A DNA stretch of 63,898 nucleotides, counting the filler, from Collodictyon triciliatum (lineage: Eukaryota): the NCBI GenBank assembly GCA_043381765.1. It is 5 parts of 5 records of this genome, joined end to end, with 100 filler letters (N's around TTAATTAATTAA, not from the genome) between each part and the next. Parts side by side here need not be neighbours in the genome. Positions count along the whole stretch, not along the records: positions 59,128 to 63,898 come from JBHJMP010001616.1; 4 more parts are not named here. One strand, 5' to 3'. Position numbers and translations under genes: made by a program. Within the stretch, counting starts at the first letter, position 1. Every line of letters starts with the position of its first letter. Below are positions 59,707 to 63,898 of the stretch, piece by piece. Below the pieces are notes generated by a model, which saw nothing but the letters and a program-made list of their open reading frames with translations, did not search any database and had not been told where the DNA came from.

Positions 59707-60832
59707 ATGAATCACCCCCTCTGTTTCTTACCTTCGCACGGTTCGCATCTGCGCGTGCTTTTCATCCACGGACTCGAAAGTGCCGCAAAAGCCGGAGGCG
59801 ATCGTGTGCAGTTCAAAGCGCGTTATCTGTCAAAGCACTTTGCACACTTCTGCGCAGAGCAGATGGACACGCGGGACTTTGGCGTGTGCTGTGAAAAACA
59901 GGCTGCGGCAATCAAAGCATTTGGTCCGGACGTGATTGTGGCGTCCTCGTTTGGTGCTGTTGGTGAGCGTGGCAGTCGATTCTTTTTTCTTTTTCTTTTC
60001 TTTTCTCTTTCTTTTCTTTCTTCTTTCTTCTTTCTTCTTTCTTCTTTTCTTTTTTCTATTCTTTCTCTATTTCTTTTCTCTTTATACTTTTTAATATATG
60101 ATTATGCAAGGGCCCACTTCTCGATAACATCAACCCGATGGTCTTGTTTTTTGCTTTATTTTTCACTGTTCACTTTTCGTTTTTCGTTTTTTCATTTTTA
60201 ACTCATGATTTATAATGTGTCATTAATCATAAAAATTACATTTGTTATCGGTTATCATTAAACAAATGGCAATATATTCTCCTTTATTTGTTCATTGAAC
60301 GGTAGAAGAAAAAGAAAATATTTTATTTCTTAATCAAACACCGATGTATTTTGTTAATCGGCGTGATGTTAGCGTTGCCCAACGTGGACATTCTAACAAA
60401 AAGAAATCTTCAGCTGATTTGCTTTTCTATATTCATATGTTTTACTCGTTTTTCGTTCCAGCTTGCTTGATTTATACTGATAATAATTCCTCAAACTTAT
60501 TTCTCCTAGTTGCAATCGAGCTTTCTAACAGACAAGTTTGGAACGGCCCGGCTGTTCTCCTCGCACAGGCAACACAATATTTCGAGAGTTCACCACAAGT
60601 GACGTCTTTGTCTCTGAGAAACCTTGGTTTCAGCATTCTCGTGCATGGAAGCAAAGATACAATAACCTGTCCAAAGAGCTCAAGAAAGCTTGTCGATGAA
60701 GTGGGTGAAGCCTGCTCAAAGCTATATATTGTGGATGACACGCATGGACTGTCATCTTTACTTCACAATGACATCTTGAAGCATCTCGTAGTAGAAGCTT
60801 GGACAAGACACTACAAAAAGAATAGCATGTAA
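59707..60832 (+). CDS. Small alpha/beta hydrolase (YqiA/UPF0227-like esterase), 2 exons
   Basis: VLFIHGLES oxyanion strand; nucleophile elbow DVIVASSFGAVVA; LVHGSKD acid; DDTHGL His. One GT-AG intron at about 59963-60509. Confidence 0.8.
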
Positions 60833-61212
60833 TCATGGTCAGCCTTAAAAGCATCTCTGAATCAATATGGACAACCGCAAGAATAGAATGATATTATTTT
60901 TCAGGGACTTTTTGCCACAAACCCTTATCTTTCAGATGATAAATAAACGATATGCGAGGCATCTCTTTGTGGGAAAGCAATATCTGAGAAAGTTGATAGT
61001 TTCGATTTTTTTTTCCAAAAGAACTTAAAACGTTTATAAATCTAACATATTATCTTGATTTTTGTAGTGGTATAGTCTCCTCTTTTTTTCTTACAAAAAA
61101 AAAATGAAAATGAATGAAGAGTTGATATGCTCCTGTGAATATTAACAAGAATTTCGATTGACCAATCGATTTTCTATCTTTTGATTAACACTTTAAGTTT
61201 TTATCATTGTAG

Positions 61213-62608
61213 ATGACAGAAATATCATGGAGACCATCAGTGACATTTATTTTGGTGATTATGTGGGCTTCTTTTTCAAAAGCGATGGACCAGCTTCATA
61301 GTGGAGTAGCCCCCCTTACAGATTCTGATTTTCTAAAGGTTCCTCCCCTTCAATAAAAGGATGAAGAAAAAAGTAGCAATATGCCAAAACCATAGTTGAT
61401 TCTCTGTCTCTAAATTAAATACTAAACTATATTCAACACCGACAAGTATTAAATTAATAACAATAATCGAAGATATACTCATCCGAGACAAATGGAGGAA
61501 GACCATGGCTAATTCATTTCGGCGTTCCTTGGTGTCCTCACTGCGTGAATGCCAATCATGTTTTGGAAAGAGTATTCTTGCACCATTTATTGAGCATCCA
61601 TTTACAAATATAAATAGCATACTTCATTACTCTGTGTGCCTATCACATGAATCATTTTGCCCATGAAAATCCTGATGTTTCTAATAAACTGAACCGAAAA
61701 AAAAAACAGCTCTCGGAGCTCCCAGAGAACAATGTCTTTATGCACAGCGTGAACTGCTACGAATACCCCAGTAATCGCAATACCCGTATTTGTTGGAATG
61801 ATTCGTGTGATATTTTAAACAAAGTTTAGCAGTGTCCCAGTGCCGGGAGGTGCAGGAAGATTTTAATGTGCTTCCTTCTTTCAGCTCTTTGCTCTGCATT
61901 TAGTATCACACGATTTCCCACCATCATCCTGGTTCAAGATTTTGCATATGACATAATGGAGAAGCCTGCCACTCTCGAAAATGTGCGCGAACTTTTAACG
62001 ACGACAAGAAAGACCAACCTCACCCCCTTACCTCCCCGAGAGTCCATTCGTCTGGGCCTTTTTGTGTACTTGATACTTGCTATTTTTTCCCCTCAAAATA
62101 TTCATATTATATGAAATTATTTGAAACTAATTACAGCTACATATCTTTGTCAAGAAAACCACTGTTCTAGTTGTAGAATATTTTAATTCAAAATAATCAT
62201 CACAATTTTGCAGGAACACCATGCACTACGTTTCCATCAATGTCATTTACCCTTTGTTGTCTCCAATAAACGTTTGTATCTCCAAAAGTATTCAACAACA
62301 AAAACGATTATTGTTGTTTATATTTGAATCATGTCCACCACCAAGCTTTTACCATACCGGTATATATGTATTCTGATTACTCGGCCATCCAGGATGTTGT
62401 ATTATCCCATCCGATGGAAACGATATGCATTGGTGGCGTTTTTTTCTTCATTCTTGGCTTCTTCACTGGACGAGCTGCGATGTACATCCCCGGAAACCAT
62501 ACGGAGGCCATGGATGATGCTATACGATTTTCTGAGCAGCTCCTTGAAAGTGAAAAAAAAGAGTCAAACGCAAAGAGAAAGAGAACCAACCCAGCTCCAA
62601 ATAAATAA
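61213..62608 (+). CDS. TMX-type transmembrane thioredoxin/PDI-family protein, about 5 exons
   Basis: Signal-peptide-like N-terminus, VAPLTDSDF, PWLIHFGVPWCPHC active site, SVNC...LCSAFSITRFPTII (cis-Pro loop), TM segment CIGGVFFFILGFFTG and a charged tail; TAA at 62608. Confidence 0.8.
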
Positions 62609-63724
62609 GCATGGCCATCCCGCTTCATTCTTTTCATTTATCCCTTTGAAAACTTCTGAAGCCTCTGTTAGTGCATCAGATGCGACTGTTGCTTTTGTTT
62701 CTGTTTTCTGTTTTTTTTTAGTTTCGTTATCTAGCTTTTCTTTATTATGATAGATCAGACTATTCAATGATATTTCTTATTTCGATTTTTAATTCTTCCA
62801 ATGTATCTCTTGTTCCGTAATGTAGCCTCTTCGCTTTGTATCAATAGCATGACCACGATTCCTGCTGTTGGAATTTTGCTATTAGAAGGTTGAATATCAG
62901 AGCATTCAGTTTCTAACAAGGCCTTCCCCTCGTGCCCACTTCCTGGCATTTGGATAATATTCATGAATTAGGGCTTTCCGGGACTCTGCATATAAAGAAA
63001 GGTGCAAACAGAAAAGTTACGTTTTTCAAAAATAAAATAAAACAATAATAGTGAGACACAAGATGTTCCCTTGCAATAGTCTCATGCTACCAATAGTATT
63101 TTATACTTTCACAATCGAAGAGAATATTCGGGTGCTCTACCCTCAAAGCAAACCCAACTTAATCGGAACGACTGTGCAAAAAATAAAATAAAGAAAATAA
63201 ACAAATCTCGAGGATTTTAGCAGCATGATTCCAATCATTTTCTGGTGTTAGTTTGGGAGCAATTTAATTTTGTCGATTGCTTTCTGTTGTAATGGCATGA
63301 AGCTATAAAAAAAAAAAATACAGCGATTCAAATGATAGCTAGATGTTGTCTTTGTTCTTTGCTTCCTACGGCCGGTTATCGCACAATTCTGGCCTTTCCA
63401 TCTGTGATTTACTTCGTCGAAGCGGCACCACGATTGATATTTGCCCCTGCTTTTGCTATGCGTTGGGTGTAAGCTTCGTTGCTATCACAATGCATATGTA
63501 TATTTTGAATCCAAAATTAATTATTTTCTAGCTAAAAAGTTGCAATAATGTTAAATTTACTTGAAATATAATATATTCCACATATATGGAATATATTCAA
63601 AAATTCATATTTTCGAAATGCTGCGATTGCAAAGTCGAGACTCGAACCAGACACAACTGCTCCGCACTCGCCGAAATCGTCCTTTCTCTCACGATTATTC
63701 TGTTCTTTCACTTTTTCATAATTA

Positions 63725-63898
63725 CATTCTTTCATTCTTTCATTCTTTCATTCTTTCATTCTTTCATTCTTTCATTCTTTCATTCTTTCTTTCTTTCATT
63801 CTTTCATTCTTTCATTCTTTCATTCTTTCATTCTTTCATTCTTTCATTCTTTCATTCTTTCATTCTTTCATTCTTTCATTCTTTCATTCTTTCATTCT
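63725..63898. repeat. (CATTCTTT)n microsatellite at window end
   Basis: Visible directly in the sequence. Confidence 0.95.

Noticed and set aside
62764..63735. Possible 3' exons of a minus-strand gene at the window end
   Set aside because: No consistent spliced frame or recognisable motif could be built.

Overview
Eukaryotic, intron-dense, microsatellite-rich draft genome DNA, most likely from a ciliated or flagellated protist (inferred from RPGRIP1L, an ALMS-motif protein, ASPM and SSX2IP). The window is not one locus. It is five scaffold pieces joined by artificial 100-nt linkers (N44-TTAATTAATTAA-N44) at 16551, 33191, 49811 and 59028. Tracing exons by hand gives about 11 spliced genes in the standard genetic code: ASPM-like (with a 16-aa coding tandem repeat) head-to-head with SSX2IP/Msd1-like; a partial unknown gene; a PAP2 lipid phosphatase; a kinesin; a C2-GRAM-myotubularin-FYVE phosphatase; a bacterial-style TM-Cache-TM-HAMP class III nucleotidyl cyclase; RPGRIP1L; an ALMS-motif protein; an LRR protein; an alpha/beta hydrolase; and a TMX-type thioredoxin. 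The most interesting observations are the cyclase's non-canonical substrate-specifying residues (Asp/Asp), a duplicated non-LRR module in the LRR protein, the ASPM repeat, an intron whose 5' end copies the start of the next exon, and very relaxed splice signals (three GC-AG introns, oligo-A acceptor tracts). No CRISPR array, rRNA or intact tRNA was seen. All calls come from manual translation and motif recall; no searches were run.
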